Of a stretch of 64,000 bases of DNA, positions 1 to 10,572 are shown one piece after another. The stretch lies in the NCBI GenBank assembly GCA_963704165.1, contig CAVPHD010000001.1:224001-288000 (forward strand), written 5' to 3'. Position 1 is the first letter of the stretch; each line of letters starts with the position of its first letter. Below the pieces are notes generated by a model, which saw nothing but the letters and a program-made list of their open reading frames with translations, was not told the origin of the DNA and searched no databases. The position numbers were made by a program, and so were the translations under genes. The stretch is from an uncultured delta proteobacterium. GTDB lineage: Bacteria > Myxococcota_A > UBA9160 > SZUA-336.

Positions 1-162
1 ATGATCGACGTAGCCGAAATCGAGATGATCCGCGCAGGCCAGGTAGTACAGCTCGTCGCGAAAGATCCCGTAGCCGGGCACCGTCGCCAGGTGGAGCGCG
101 AACCGCAGGCCGGCGATCCCCACGAGAACCGCGAGGTCGCCGGATCTGCGCTCGATGGTCAA
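1..162 (-). CDS. Glycosyltransferase family 39 (ArnT/PMT-like) protein, 5' part only; runs off the window edge
   Basis: Manual minus-strand translation from TTG at 162: LTIERRSGDLAVLVGIAGLRFALHLATVPGYGIFRDELYYLACADHLDFGYVDH. A TM helix is followed by the RDELYY...GYVDH motif typical of GT39-like proteins. Not in the ORF track. Confidence 0.8.
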   Translation of the reverse strand, partial: MTIERRSGDLAVLVGIAGLRFALHLATVPGYGIFRDELYYLACADHLDFGYVDH

Positions 163-196
163 GGCACCCTCGCCGTTCGGCTCCGGAATCCCGAAG

Positions 197-916
197 CTAC
201 GGATGCTCCGGATGCGGCGCTTCCTCGGCACTCGGCGCCTTCACCTCGATCAGCTCGACCTCGAAGGTCAGCGTCGCGCCGGGCGGAATGCTCGGCGCCG
301 ACCCGCGATCGCCGTACGCGATCTCCGCCGGACACGTCAGCTTGTACTTCCCGCCGACCTTCAGGGTCTGCAACGCCTGTGTCCAGCACGGAATGACGCG
401 TCCGACCGGGAACTCCGCCGGCGTACCGCGATCGACCGAGCTGTCGAAGACCGATCCGTCGCGCAGCGTGCCATGGTAGTGAACCACGACGGTGTCATCC
501 GGACCCGGCGAGGTCCCGGCACCCTCCGTGATCGTGCGCACGACGTAGCCCGACGGCGCGGTGCTCGCGCCGGGCTCGGCCGCCATCTTCGCCAGGTACG
601 CGGCCGATTCGGACTTCTCCGACTCCGCGCGAGCGGCCGTGCGAGCGGTCGCGAGCGCCTGGATCTTCGCGTCGATCGTCTCGAGATCGATCTTCTTCTC
701 GCGGTCGAGCACGCCGTCGCGTACTCCGCTCGCGAAGATCGCGAGCTCCGCCTCGGTCAGCGCGAATCCATCGATCCGCTGCGCGATCACGAGCCCGAGG
801 CCGTAGATCGCCTCTTGATCCGGAGTTTCGATCTTGGGCTCCGGTGGCACGGCGACGGGGCCGCAAGCAGTGAGAGCGATCGCGATGGAAGCGGCGAACC
901 AGCGGCGCGGAAGCAT
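197..916 (-). CDS. fkpA: FKBP-type peptidyl-prolyl cis-trans isomerase (FkpA/Mip-like lipoprotein)
   Basis: VVVHYHGTLRDGSVFDSS, VIPCWTQAL and IPPGATLTFEVELI FKBP motifs; lipobox LTAC; start at ATG 916 after GAGGG. Confidence 0.9.
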   Translation of the reverse strand: MLPRRWFAASIAIALTACGPVAVPPEPKIETPDQEAIYGLGLVIAQRIDGFALTEAELAIFASGVRDGVLDREKKIDLETIDAKIQALATARTAARAESEKSESAAYLAKMAAEPGASTAPSGYVVRTITEGAGTSPGPDDTVVVHYHGTLRDGSVFDSSVDRGTPAEFPVGRVIPCWTQALQTLKVGGKYKLTCPAEIAYGDRGSAPSIPPGATLTFEVELIEVKAPSAEEAPHPEHP

Positions 917-1008
917 CGATTTCCCTCTTGCTCCGGTGGATTCGGAGTGCGCGCAGGGTACCACGCTCCCGTTTACACGCTTGGGGAAACCGGGCGTAAC
1001 ATGGCTCG

Positions 1009-2316
1009 ATGCTCTGCGACGACATGATCCTGGTCAGCGTCGATGACCACGTGATCGAGCCGCCGGACCTCTTCGCGCACCACCTGTCGCCCGCGTGGAA
1101 ATCGCGTGCGCCGCGGGTGGCGCGGAAGAAGGACGGTTCGGACGTCTGGCTCTTCGAAGGCCAACAGCTCCCGAACGTCGGCCTGAACGCGATCGTGGGC
1201 CGGCCACCCGGGGAATGGGGCATGGAGCCGACGAGCTACGACCAGCTCCGGCCCGGCACCTGGAACGTCCACGAACGGATCCGCGACATGAACGCCAACG
1301 GCGTGCTCGCGTCGCTCTGCTTCCCGTCCTTTCCGGGATTCTGCGGAGCGCTCTGGACGCGCACGAGGGACAAGGGCGTCTCGCTGACGATGCTGCGAGC
1401 GTACAACGACTGGCACATCGACGAGTGGAGCGGCGCGTATCCGGGCCGGTTCATCCCGCTCGCATTGCCGCCGCTCTGGGATCCGAAGCTCATGGCGGAG
1501 GAAGTCCGCCGCGTGGCGAAGAAAGGCTGTCACGCTGTTTCGTTCCCGGAGAGCCCCGAGAAGCTGGGCCTGCCGAGCCTGCACACGGAGCACTGGGATC
1601 CGTTCTGGAGCGCGTGCTGCGACGAGGGCACGGTCGTCTGCATTCACGTCGGCTCGAGCGCGGGCATGACGTTCACGTCGATGGATGCACCGATCGACGT
1701 GATGCTCGCCCTTCAGCCGATCCACTCGGTTTCCTGCGCCGCGGACCTGCTCTGGTCACGCGCCCTGCACCGGTTCCCGCAGCTCAGGATCGCACTCTCG
1801 GAGGCCGGCATCGGCTGGGTCCCGTATTTCCTCGAGCGCGCCGATTCCGTCCACGACCTTCACCGCGCGTGGACGCATCAGGATTTCGGCGCGAGGCGCC
1901 CGAGCGAAGTGTTCCGCGAGCAGATCGTGACCTGCTTCATCGACGACGCCTTCGGTCTCGCGAACCGCCATGCCGTCGGTCTGGACTCCATCACGTGGGA
2001 GTGCGACTACCCGCACTCGGACACGACCTGGCCCAGATCCCCCGAGCGGCTCGGATCTCAGCTCGTCGGTATGCCCGATGCCGAGATCGAGAAGATCACC
2101 CACGCCAACGCGCTCCGACACTTCCGATTCGATCCGTTCGGCCACGTACCGAAGGAGTCGTGCCGCGTCGGCGCACTGCGCGCACTGGCGCGCGACGTCG
2201 ATCTTTCGATCACGAGCAAGGGCGGCAGATCACCGAGCGCCGACCGCGCGAAACCGGTCACGTCCGTGGACGTGACACGTCAGCTGGCGAGCGCGCTCGC
2301 CAGCCCCTTGGAGTGA
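1009..2316 (+). CDS. Amidohydrolase family 2 protein
   Basis: SVDDHVIEP, AYNDW, CIHVG, SEAGIGW and WECDYPHSD motifs. Confidence 0.9.
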   Translation: MLCDDMILVSVDDHVIEPPDLFAHHLSPAWKSRAPRVARKKDGSDVWLFEGQQLPNVGLNAIVGRPPGEWGMEPTSYDQLRPGTWNVHERIRDMNANGVLASLCFPSFPGFCGALWTRTRDKGVSLTMLRAYNDWHIDEWSGAYPGRFIPLALPPLWDPKLMAEEVRRVAKKGCHAVSFPESPEKLGLPSLHTEHWDPFWSACCDEGTVVCIHVGSSAGMTFTSMDAPIDVMLALQPIHSVSCAADLLWSRALHRFPQLRIALSEAGIGWVPYFLERADSVHDLHRAWTHQDFGARRPSEVFREQIVTCFIDDAFGLANRHAVGLDSITWECDYPHSDTTWPRSPERLGSQLVGMPDAEIEKITHANALRHFRFDPFGHVPKESCRVGALRALARDVDLSITSKGGRSPSADRAKPVTSVDVTRQLASALASPLE

Positions 2317-2338
2317 TTCGCGCGCCAAGACACCGGAT

Positions 2339-3544
2339 TCAGCCAGCCGGATTCTCCGTGTCACCCATCACGAGAACGCCATTCGCGGCGAGCGCCGCGA
2401 TTCTCGCGTCGTCCCATCCGAGCAGATCACGCAGGATCTCCGGACCGTGCTCGCCACGAAGCGGCGCCGGACCGCGGATCTCGTTTCGAGACGCGGAGAA
2501 GCGCGCGGGCGGGCGCACGACCGGGCGCGTTCCACCGCGGCGATCGTCGACGTTCTCGAGCAGCGCGCGTTCGACGGCAAGGTCGCTTCGTAGCGCCTCG
2601 GCTGGGGTCGCGACCGGCGCGCAGGCGAGCTTTGCGCGGGCGAGCTTCTCGAGAAGGCTGGCACGCGTGGGTTGGCGCGCCATCCACTCCGCGATCGCGT
2701 CGTGGCGCGTGCTCGCCTTGGTCTCGAGATCCGACTCACTCGGCGAGGGATCGGAGAGCTCACTCGCATACGCCGTCGCGAGCGACGCCCAGACGTGCTG
2801 TGCCGATCCGGCGACGGCGATGAAGCCGTGCTCTCCAGCCCGATAGACCGGATTCATCACGCGATCGTCCGGTTTTTCGAGCAGCACGTTTCCCGCCTCG
2901 CTGTGACTCGCGAGCGTGGCATCGAACATCGCCACCTCCACGCGTTGGCCGGTGCCGGTCGCCTCGGCCACGCGCAGGGCCGCGAGCAGGGCGACGGCGC
3001 CGTGCAGGCCGCTCAGGATGTCCGAGAAGGCGTTGCGGGGCTGGGTCGGCGTCTGATCGATCTGCCCGCGATCGCGAATCAGGCCGGTGGCCGCGTGCAG
3101 GATCGGCGCGTACGCGCGCTTCTCACGAAGCGAAGAGTCCGATCCGAAGCCGTTGATCGAGAGCAGCACCGCGCGCGGATTGGCTTCGTGAAGGCGATCC
3201 CAGCCGAGGCCGAGTCGCTCGAGCACGCCCGGCCGGAAGTTCTCGATCACGACGTCGCAGACGCGCGCGAGCGCGAGCACGACCTCGTCCGCGCCGGGCT
3301 TGCCGAGGTCGATCGCGATCGAGCGCTTGCCGACGTTCGTAAACGTGAACATCCACGACTGCCCGCGGTCGTGCTTCGGCGCGATCAGGCGCGACTCGTC
3401 GCCCGCGGGCGGCTCGAGCTTGATCACCTCGGCGCCGAGATCGCGAAACAGCCGCCCGACGTACGGTCCCGCGATCACGCGCGACAGGTCGAGCACGCGC
3501 ACGCCCGAAAGCGATCCAGCCGCGAAGTCCGAAGCTCCGGCCAA
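2339..3544 (-). CDS. CaiB/BaiF family III CoA-transferase
   Basis: LSGVRVLDLSRVIAGPY, DVVIENFRPG and APLRGEH motifs; start (TTG 3544) uncertain. Confidence 0.88.
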   Translation of the reverse strand: MAGASDFAAGSLSGVRVLDLSRVIAGPYVGRLFRDLGAEVIKLEPPAGDESRLIAPKHDRGQSWMFTFTNVGKRSIAIDLGKPGADEVVLALARVCDVVIENFRPGVLERLGLGWDRLHEANPRAVLLSINGFGSDSSLREKRAYAPILHAATGLIRDRGQIDQTPTQPRNAFSDILSGLHGAVALLAALRVAEATGTGQRVEVAMFDATLASHSEAGNVLLEKPDDRVMNPVYRAGEHGFIAVAGSAQHVWASLATAYASELSDPSPSESDLETKASTRHDAIAEWMARQPTRASLLEKLARAKLACAPVATPAEALRSDLAVERALLENVDDRRGGTRPVVRPPARFSASRNEIRGPAPLRGEHGPEILRDLLGWDDARIAALAANGVLVMGDTENPAG

Positions 3545-3625
3545 AGTCGGTCGATCGTACCAGACCGGCCGCGTGGCCCGGAGCCCGTCGTCTCTGATAG
3601 CTTGCGCCGTGACGGAGCGCGGGTG

Positions 3626-4111
3626 ATGTCGGCCGAGATGGTTCGCATGGGCGTGATGAAGCTGATCGGGATCCGCGTCACCGGATCGCGCGAAGACCTG
3701 GCCGAGCGCGTGCCGAAGGCCTGGCGCGAGCTCGCGAGTCGAATCGGCGAGATCGAGGGCGTGATGGATCCCGGCACCTTCTTCGGTGTCGTACCCGAGG
3801 TCGACCACCACAAGCTCGCCGGCGAGGGCAGCTACACGTATCTGTGCTGCGCGCGCGTGCGCAGCGGTCGGAGCGCGCCCAGGGGAATGGAGCGGCTGAT
3901 CGTGCCCGCGCAGCGCTACGCGCAGGCGACGGTGCGCGGCGGCGCCGCGGAGGCGACGAAGGCCTACATCGAGCTCGCGCGATTCTTCGCGCAGAATTCG
4001 GTCGCGCCGAACAAGAAGGCGTTCGGCCTCGAACGCTACGACGAGAAGCGCCAGAGCGTGCTCGCGCCGTACGGCCGCTTCGACTACGACGTGCTGCGGC
4101 CGCTCGCGTAG
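3626..4111 (+). CDS. GyrI-like small-molecule-binding domain protein
   Basis: C-terminal part of ORF 2672..4111: KLIGIRV...VPKAWREL...YTYLCC...PRGMERLIVPAQRYA...FGLERYD; GGAG before start. Confidence 0.75.
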   Translation: MSAEMVRMGVMKLIGIRVTGSREDLAERVPKAWRELASRIGEIEGVMDPGTFFGVVPEVDHHKLAGEGSYTYLCCARVRSGRSAPRGMERLIVPAQRYAQATVRGGAAEATKAYIELARFFAQNSVAPNKKAFGLERYDEKRQSVLAPYGRFDYDVLRPLA

Positions 4112-4115
4112 CGGG

Positions 4116-4772
4116 TCAGGCCTCCAGGAGCCGCAGCGTCTCGGCGTAGAGCAAGCGCTTGTGCGCCGCCATCACCCCCCGGTTCTTGGCCGCGAGCGGG
4201 GCCGCGAGCGCGATCGACTTCGACATCAGATCGACCTCGGGTACCGCGTGGTCGACGATCCCGCGCGCGAGCGCCTCGGCGCCGCCGTAACGCTTTCCGG
4301 TGACGATCGCCTCGTGCGCCGTCTGCTTCGGAAGACGCGCCTGGATCAGGGCGACCGGTCCGGGCGGGAGCGGCATTCCCAGATCGATCTCGGGAATGCA
4401 GAAGAAGCCGCGATCCTGGCGCATCACGCGGAAGTCACAGGCGAGCGCGAGCATGGCTCCACCCGCGAAGGCGTGGCCGTTCAGCGCGGCGACGGTGACG
4501 AGCGGCGACGACAGCATGCGGGCGAAGAGGCGCTGCATGCCGAGAAAGACCTCTCCCGCGCGGTCCTTGCCATCACCGCTCATCCAGGCCAGATCGAGGC
4601 CGTTCGAGAAGAACTTCCCGTCGCCGGTCAGCACGAGCGCGGTCGGCTCCGATTCCGCCTCGGCCTGATCGAGTGCCGCGTCGAGCGCGGCGAAGAACTT
4701 CGGGTTGAAGCGGTTCTCGCCCGCGCGCATCTGCAGCACGAGGACGGGTCCCTCGCGTTTCACGTCGATCAT
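4116..4772 (-). CDS. Enoyl-CoA hydratase/isomerase family protein
   Basis: KFFSNGLDL and AALNGHAFAGGAMLALACDFRVM crotonase motifs; AAGGAG RBS. Confidence 0.92.
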   Translation of the reverse strand: MIDVKREGPVLVLQMRAGENRFNPKFFAALDAALDQAEAESEPTALVLTGDGKFFSNGLDLAWMSGDGKDRAGEVFLGMQRLFARMLSSPLVTVAALNGHAFAGGAMLALACDFRVMRQDRGFFCIPEIDLGMPLPPGPVALIQARLPKQTAHEAIVTGKRYGGAEALARGIVDHAVPEVDLMSKSIALAAPLAAKNRGVMAAHKRLLYAETLRLLEA

Positions 4773-4851
4773 CCGGCCGGGCTCCTTCGAAACGGTCCGG
4801 AGCGGAACCCTATCAGACCCCCGGGGTACGATGAGATCTGGAGGACTCCCG

Positions 4852-5439
4852 ATGCCGCGCCGACTCGAGTTCTTCTACGACTACGTGAGCCCCTTCTCGT
4901 ACCTGGCGGACAGCCAGCTCCCGGCGCTCGTCGAGCGCGCCCGCGCCGATCTCGTCTACCGGCCGTTCTTCCTCGGCGGCGTGATGCAGGCGACCGGAAA
5001 CCAGCCCCCCGCGACGCTGCCCGCGCGCGCGGAGTACATGCCGACGGACATCGCGCGCTGGGCGCGTCGCTACGGCGTTCCGGTCGCGTTCAACCCGAAC
5101 TTCCCGATGAACACGCTCCAGGCGATGCGCGCCGCGCTCGCCGCGCAGGAGCAGGGAACCTTCCCCGCGTACCACGCGGCGCTCTTCCGCGCGGCCTGGG
5201 CAGAACCCGTGAACCTCGGCGACGCGGCGGTGCTTCGCGAAGTGATCGCGAAGGCCGGGCTCGATGCCGAGCGCATCCTCGCGCGAGCCGGCGCGGACGA
5301 GACCAAGGAGCGGCTCAAGGCGAACACCGCCGAGGCCGTCGCGCGCGGGGCCTTCGGCGCGCCGACGCTCTTCGTCGGCGACGAGATGTTCTTCGGCAAC
5401 GACCGCCTCGACTTCGTCGAGGAAGCCCTGCGGTCGTGA
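4852..5439 (+). CDS. 2-hydroxychromene-2-carboxylate isomerase / DsbA-like (kappa GST) protein
   Basis: LEFFYDYVSPFSYLA and GAFGAPTLFVGDEMFFGNDRL; GGAGG RBS before ATG 4852. Confidence 0.9.
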   Translation: MPRRLEFFYDYVSPFSYLADSQLPALVERARADLVYRPFFLGGVMQATGNQPPATLPARAEYMPTDIARWARRYGVPVAFNPNFPMNTLQAMRAALAAQEQGTFPAYHAALFRAAWAEPVNLGDAAVLREVIAKAGLDAERILARAGADETKERLKANTAEAVARGAFGAPTLFVGDEMFFGNDRLDFVEEALRS

Positions 5440-5491
5440 CGACGCGGTGCGCCGAGTGGAGAAGTTCCGGGCTTCGCGGTACGAATAGCCC

Positions 5492-6262
5492 ATGACCGCC
5501 ACGCCGGATCCCACCGAGAACCGCGAACCCGTCCCGCCCCACTCCCCCCTGCTCGAGTACTACGAGACCGACGAGGAGCGGCGACGCTACGTCGACGATC
5601 TCTTCAACAAGACGGCGCGGCACTACAACACGATCGAGCGGATCTTCGGGAACGGCGGCATCTGGTACCGGCGCTTCTCGCTGGGGCGCGCCGGCCTCGG
5701 CCCGGGAATGCGCGTGCTCGACGTCGCGATCGGCACCGCCGCCGTCGCCCAGGGCGCGGCCAAGCTCGTCTCCCCGGGCGGGAAGGTCTTCGGCGTCGAT
5801 CCGAACAAGGGGATGCTCGGCGAGGCTCGCAAGGTCTTCCGCGGTCCACTCACGCGCGGCGTCGCGGAGGCGCTCCCGTTCAAGAGCAATCACTTCGACT
5901 TCGTCACGATGGGCATCGCGCTCCGCCACGTGCCCGACCTGGTCGCGGCCTTCAGCGAGTACCTGCGCGTGCTGAAGCCCGGCGGGAAGGTCTGGATCCT
6001 CGAAGGCCACCTGCCCGAGAGCAAGGTCGGCCACGCGCTGACCCGCTTCGCCTGGAAGACCGTGATTCCCGGACTGACGCTGCTCTTCACGCGCGACCGC
6101 GATGCGAAGGTGCTGATGGACTACTACTGGGACACCGTCGAGAAGTGCGTCCCGCCCGAGACCATCCTCGCCTCGATGCGCATCGCCGGCTTCGCCGACG
6201 CGAAGTTCAAGGTCGTCGTCCCCGGCGCCTTCTGCGAGTACACCGGAACCAAGCCCCGGTAG
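5492..6262 (+). CDS. Class I SAM-dependent methyltransferase (UbiE/COQ5-like)
   Basis: VLDVAIGTA, AEALPF, FDFVTMGIALRHV and RVLKPGG motifs. Confidence 0.88.
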   Translation: MTATPDPTENREPVPPHSPLLEYYETDEERRRYVDDLFNKTARHYNTIERIFGNGGIWYRRFSLGRAGLGPGMRVLDVAIGTAAVAQGAAKLVSPGGKVFGVDPNKGMLGEARKVFRGPLTRGVAEALPFKSNHFDFVTMGIALRHVPDLVAAFSEYLRVLKPGGKVWILEGHLPESKVGHALTRFAWKTVIPGLTLLFTRDRDAKVLMDYYWDTVEKCVPPETILASMRIAGFADAKFKVVVPGAFCEYTGTKPR

Positions 6263-6311
6263 CGTCGGCCGGGCGTCGAGCGCGGACGCGCGACCCGGCG
6301 GGATCGGTAGC

Positions 6312-7484
6312 ATGGCACTCGTGAGCGACGTTCCGGCGATCCACGGGTTCTGCGATCCGCGCTTCGAGGCGGTGCGCGACGCGCTCGCTCGGAACTTCCG
6401 TGAATACGGGGAGCTCGGTGCGGCGGTTGCGCTGACGGTCGACGGTCGGGTCGTCGTCGACATCTGGGGCGGCTTCGTCGACGAGGCGCGCACGCGCGCG
6501 TGGGTGGCCGACACGGTCGTGAACGTGTTCTCGGTCGGGAAGGCCTTCGCGACGGCGGCGCTGCTCGTGCTCGTCGAGCGCGGGCAGGTCGATCTCGACG
6601 CGCCGGTCGCGCGGTACTGGTCGGAGTTCGCGCAGGCGGACAAGGGGGCGATCCGCGTGCGGACGCTCCTCGCGCACCGCGCGGGATTGCCGGCGATCCG
6701 GCGCCTGCTGCCCGACGACGCGATCTACGACTGGAACCGGATGACGACCGAGCTCGCGGCGGAGACGGTCTTCTGGGAGCCGGATCGAACGCACGGCTAT
6801 CACGTGAACACGTTCGGGTTCCTGGTCGGAGAGATCGTGCGGCGGGTCCGTGGAGAATCGATCGGCGCGTTCGTTCGCCGCGAGATCGCGGGGCCGCTCG
6901 GCTCCGACTTCGGCTTCGGGCTCCGACCGGAGCACGCGGGACGGGTCGCGGACTACGTCGCGGGCGAGCTCTACAGCTCGGGCGCGCGCGAAGAGAAAAC
7001 CGTCGATCCCGAGCGGCTGACGCTTCTGCACCGCGTCTACGCGAACCCTGCGGGCCTCTCGGGAATGGGCACGGTCAACACCGCCCGGTGGCGCGCGTCG
7101 GAGATGCCATCGACGAACGGCCACGCGAGCGCGCGCGGAGTGAGTCGCATCTACACCGCGCTCGCGTGCGGCGGAATCGCCGACGGCGTGCGCGTGCTGC
7201 AGCGCGAGACGATCGACGAGGCGATCCGCGTGACGTCCTCGGGCGAGGACTTCGTCCTGCGCAGGCCGACGCGCTTCGGGCTCGGCTTCCAGCTGAGCCA
7301 GCCCGAGCGGCCGTTCGGCGTCGGCCCGCGCAGCTTCGGCCACTTCGGCGCGGGCGGCTCGCTCGGTTTCGCCGACCCGGAAGCGCGGCTCGCGTTGGGC
7401 TACACGATGAACCGCGCGGGGCCACGCTGGCAGAATCCCCGGGTTCGCGGCTTGCTCGACGCCGTCTCGAGCCTATCGCTGTGA
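6312..7484 (+). CDS. Serine hydrolase, beta-lactamase/class C esterase family
   Basis: SxxK (FSVGK), LLAHRAGL, HGYH and FGHFGAGGS; true start may be GTG 6321. Confidence 0.92.
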   Translation: MALVSDVPAIHGFCDPRFEAVRDALARNFREYGELGAAVALTVDGRVVVDIWGGFVDEARTRAWVADTVVNVFSVGKAFATAALLVLVERGQVDLDAPVARYWSEFAQADKGAIRVRTLLAHRAGLPAIRRLLPDDAIYDWNRMTTELAAETVFWEPDRTHGYHVNTFGFLVGEIVRRVRGESIGAFVRREIAGPLGSDFGFGLRPEHAGRVADYVAGELYSSGAREEKTVDPERLTLLHRVYANPAGLSGMGTVNTARWRASEMPSTNGHASARGVSRIYTALACGGIADGVRVLQRETIDEAIRVTSSGEDFVLRRPTRFGLGFQLSQPERPFGVGPRSFGHFGAGGSLGFADPEARLALGYTMNRAGPRWQNPRVRGLLDAVSSLSL

Positions 7485-7516
7485 CCGACCCCGCAGAACC
7501 CCACAGGAGTCGAAAC

Positions 7517-8179
7517 ATGCGCCGCCTCTCGATCCCCGTTCTTCTGATCTGCGCCGCTCTCGCTTCCGGCTGTGCCGCGTCTCGCTCGCCGATCGAGGGC
7601 AGTTTCGACGGTCCCGCCGCGCGCAACGCGGGCGCCGAGAAGGTGAGCGTCGTGTTCGTGTTCCGGCACCTCGGGCAGCTGCACGGCTTCGACACGATTC
7701 CGAAGCTCCGGACCACCGGCGTGAAGGACTTCGACGACCTGTTCCGCGACGCGCTGCGCGAGATCAGCAACATCTCGCGCTACGAGACGTTCACGGAGCT
7801 TCCGGACGACGTGAACGACCCGAAGCGCCGCGACCAGCTCGCGAACGCGAAGGCCGCCATGGACTACACGATCGAGCTCGACCTCTTCGAGGAGTCGTCG
7901 TTCAAGCAGCAGTTCCTGAACGGGCTGGTCAGCTTCGTCAGCCTGACCGTGATTCCGATGCCCTACGACTGGGACTACACGATCCGCGCGGAGCTCCGGG
8001 ACGAAGCCGGCACGACGTCGGCGCGGTACGAGCGCAAGTCCACGCTGACGGATTGGATGCAGGCGTTCCTGATCGTCGTCTACCCCTTCTATCCGATCGA
8101 AGAGAAGCGGGAGCAGATCTTCTCCGAGTCGCTGCACGACATCTTCCGGCAGATCGAGTCGGAGAAGATCCTCAGGTAG
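7517..8179 (+). CDS. Hypothetical lipoprotein
   Basis: AGGAG RBS; signal MRRLSIPVLLICAALASGC with lipobox; strong coding-like codon pattern. Confidence 0.75.
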   Translation: MRRLSIPVLLICAALASGCAASRSPIEGSFDGPAARNAGAEKVSVVFVFRHLGQLHGFDTIPKLRTTGVKDFDDLFRDALREISNISRYETFTELPDDVNDPKRRDQLANAKAAMDYTIELDLFEESSFKQQFLNGLVSFVSLTVIPMPYDWDYTIRAELRDEAGTTSARYERKSTLTDWMQAFLIVVYPFYPIEEKREQIFSESLHDIFRQIESEKILR

Positions 8180-8191
8180 GGAGCTCCGCGG

Positions 8192-9160
8192 CTACGGAAT
8201 CAGGACCACGCGGCCGAACGCTTCGCGGCTCTCGATGAAGGCGTGCGCGGCCGCGGCTTCCGAGAGTGGGAACGTGCGATCGACGACGGTGCGCAGCTCG
8301 CCGCGCGCGAGATCGCGCAGGATCGCGTCGAGCATCGCGCGCACGCGGGCGCCCTGGAACGCGACCTCGGCGCCGAAGAAGACGCCGGTGAGCGAGCGGT
8401 TTCCCGGTGCGAGCGGGGATGGGTCGAGCCGCAGATCGCCGCGGCTGACGTTGCCGACGGTGATCGCGCGCCCACGGTACGCCAGGCAGAGCAGGCTGCG
8501 CTGCAGCGTGTCGCCTCCGACGGCATCGACGACCAGGTCCACGCCGCGTGACTTCGTCAGATCGCGGATCGCGTCCGCGAAATCGACCTCGCGGTACGCG
8601 ATGCCGTGATCGACGCCGAACCCCGCGAGTCGCTCGAGCTTCTCCTTGCTGCCCGCCGTGGTGTAGACCACCGCGCCCGCGCGCTTGGCGAGCTGCACGC
8701 ACGCGAGCCCCACGCCGCTCGCGCCGGCCTGCACGAGCACGCTCTCGCCCGACTTCAAGCGGCCGAACTCGAAGAGGCAGTCGTGCGCCGTTCCCCAGGC
8801 GACGGGCACGCAGGCCGCGTGCTCGAAGGAGAGAGCGTCGGGCACGATCCAGGTCGCCGCCGTCGGCACCGCCACTCGCTCCGCGTGCGAGCCGTGCATC
8901 ATCAGCGCCGTGACGCGATCGCCGACCTTCCGGTCCGTCACCTCCGCGCCAACCGCGCCCACGACGCCCGCGCAGTTGTACCCGACGATGTGCGGCCGGG
9001 CGGCCATCATTCCACCCGCGCGGTTCAGCACGTCGCCTCCCTCGATCGCGATCGCCTTCACGTCGATCACGACGCCGTTCGGCGCGCAGACCGGATCGGG
9101 CACGTCCTCGTACCGGAACACCTCGGGCTTTCCCGTCTCGTAGTACACCGCTGCTTTCAT
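8192..9160 (-). CDS. Quinone oxidoreductase / MDR-family dehydrogenase
   Basis: GESVLVQAGASGVGLACVQLAK, GVDLVVDAVGG and FGRVVLIP. Confidence 0.92.
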   Translation of the reverse strand: MKAAVYYETGKPEVFRYEDVPDPVCAPNGVVIDVKAIAIEGGDVLNRAGGMMAARPHIVGYNCAGVVGAVGAEVTDRKVGDRVTALMMHGSHAERVAVPTAATWIVPDALSFEHAACVPVAWGTAHDCLFEFGRLKSGESVLVQAGASGVGLACVQLAKRAGAVVYTTAGSKEKLERLAGFGVDHGIAYREVDFADAIRDLTKSRGVDLVVDAVGGDTLQRSLLCLAYRGRAITVGNVSRGDLRLDPSPLAPGNRSLTGVFFGAEVAFQGARVRAMLDAILRDLARGELRTVVDRTFPLSEAAAAHAFIESREAFGRVVLIP

Positions 9161-10572
9161 CAGGGACTCCTTCTCGCTCCCTCGCTCCAGAGGGGTGGGT
9201 GCGCGCCGAGCGGGGGCGTCGGCAGGTCCCAGCGCGCGGGGGTTTCGGAGAGTTCGACGATCGGCCCCAGGTGATGAAGCACACCGTACGCGGTCTCACT
9301 GCGCACGAGGAACGGGCCGAGTCGCTCGGGGTCGAGCCCCGCGCCGATGGTGCCAGCGCGTCGCATGCGCCCGAGCCACATCCCCGTCTGACACAGCGAC
9401 GCGCGCACGTGGTAGCTGCCGCCTTCGCGCGCTCGGCGTTCGAGCGCGACCATCGTTCCGAGCGCGGCGAGATAACCCGTGTTGTAGTCGGTGGCCGCCG
9501 CGGGCAGAAGCGCGGGAGTCGAGGCGCCGCCGTGCTCGTCCGCGATTCCCGTCACCGCCTGCGCGAGCTGCTCCCAGCCCGGGCGCCCGGCCCACGGCCC
9601 CTCGTGCCCGTAGCAGTTGATCGACGTGTAGACGATCCCCGGTCGGATCGCGCACAACGCCTCGGGACCGAAGCCGCGCTTCTCGAGCGCGCCACCGCGG
9701 TAGCCCTGCGTGAACACGTCCGCGTCGCGCGCGAGCGCGCGAAGTCGCGCGACATCGTCGGCCGAGTCGAGATCGAGGTATGCGGAGCGCTTGCCGTGGC
9801 TCGTGTCGATCACGAACGGCGCGACGAACGGGAGCTTCGGCGAGCCGATTCGCAGCACCTCGGCGCCGTGCGACGCGAGCGTGCGGCCGCAGGTCGGCCC
9901 GGCGAGAACCCGCGTCAGGTCGAGGACGCGAACACCTTCGAGCGGGCGCGCGGCCGGAGCGAACGGCTCCGGGGGACTGTCTCCGAGCTTGATCACCTCG
10001 ACGACGGGGAGCGTCGCGAGGGCACGACCCTGCGGGTGCGCGCTCCACTCGTCCGCGCTTCGCACCCGCGCGCCGCAGAGACCTCGCTCGGCGAGCGCAT
10101 CTTCGAGCGCCTGCCCGTCCCAGAGCGCGATGCGCTCGGCGACGACCGAGACATCCGCGTCGCAGCCGAGCAACGCGAGCGCCTTCGCCTGGCTGTCGGG
10201 AAAGCTGCCGTGGAGCAGGAAGTGGCCGCCCTCGCGAGTCGGATAGATGCCGGTGACGGCGCGCGCCGGATCGTAGCCGGGAATGCCGGCGGGGCTCTCC
10301 GCGCGTTGGCAGATGAATCCGAGCAGCGAAGCCGCCGCCCCGAAAACGTCGACGCGCACGCGCTGGCTCCGCCCGCTGCGGTGCTCGAAGATCCTCGCGG
10401 CTTCGAGACCGCAGGCCGCAAGCGCCGCGGCCGCGGCTTCCCCTACACGGAATCGCGTCGCCAGCACGGGATCCGCGCCGGTGATCCGCACCTGGCCCGG
10501 TTCCGGGGCGGACACACAGAGCTCGCGCAGAAGCGCTTCGAGGGTCTCGAGGCTCAGATCGCTCGAGCTCAT
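9160..10572 (-). CDS. CaiB/BaiF family III CoA-transferase (long two-domain type)
   Basis: PLEGVRVLDLTRVLAGPTCGRTLA, HGKRSAYLDL and DVFTQGYR. Confidence 0.9.
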   Translation of the reverse strand: MSSSDLSLETLEALLRELCVSAPEPGQVRITGADPVLATRFRVGEAAAAALAACGLEAARIFEHRSGRSQRVRVDVFGAAASLLGFICQRAESPAGIPGYDPARAVTGIYPTREGGHFLLHGSFPDSQAKALALLGCDADVSVVAERIALWDGQALEDALAERGLCGARVRSADEWSAHPQGRALATLPVVEVIKLGDSPPEPFAPAARPLEGVRVLDLTRVLAGPTCGRTLASHGAEVLRIGSPKLPFVAPFVIDTSHGKRSAYLDLDSADDVARLRALARDADVFTQGYRGGALEKRGFGPEALCAIRPGIVYTSINCYGHEGPWAGRPGWEQLAQAVTGIADEHGGASTPALLPAAATDYNTGYLAALGTMVALERRAREGGSYHVRASLCQTGMWLGRMRRAGTIGAGLDPERLGPFLVRSETAYGVLHHLGPIVELSETPARWDLPTPPLGAHPPLWSEGARRSP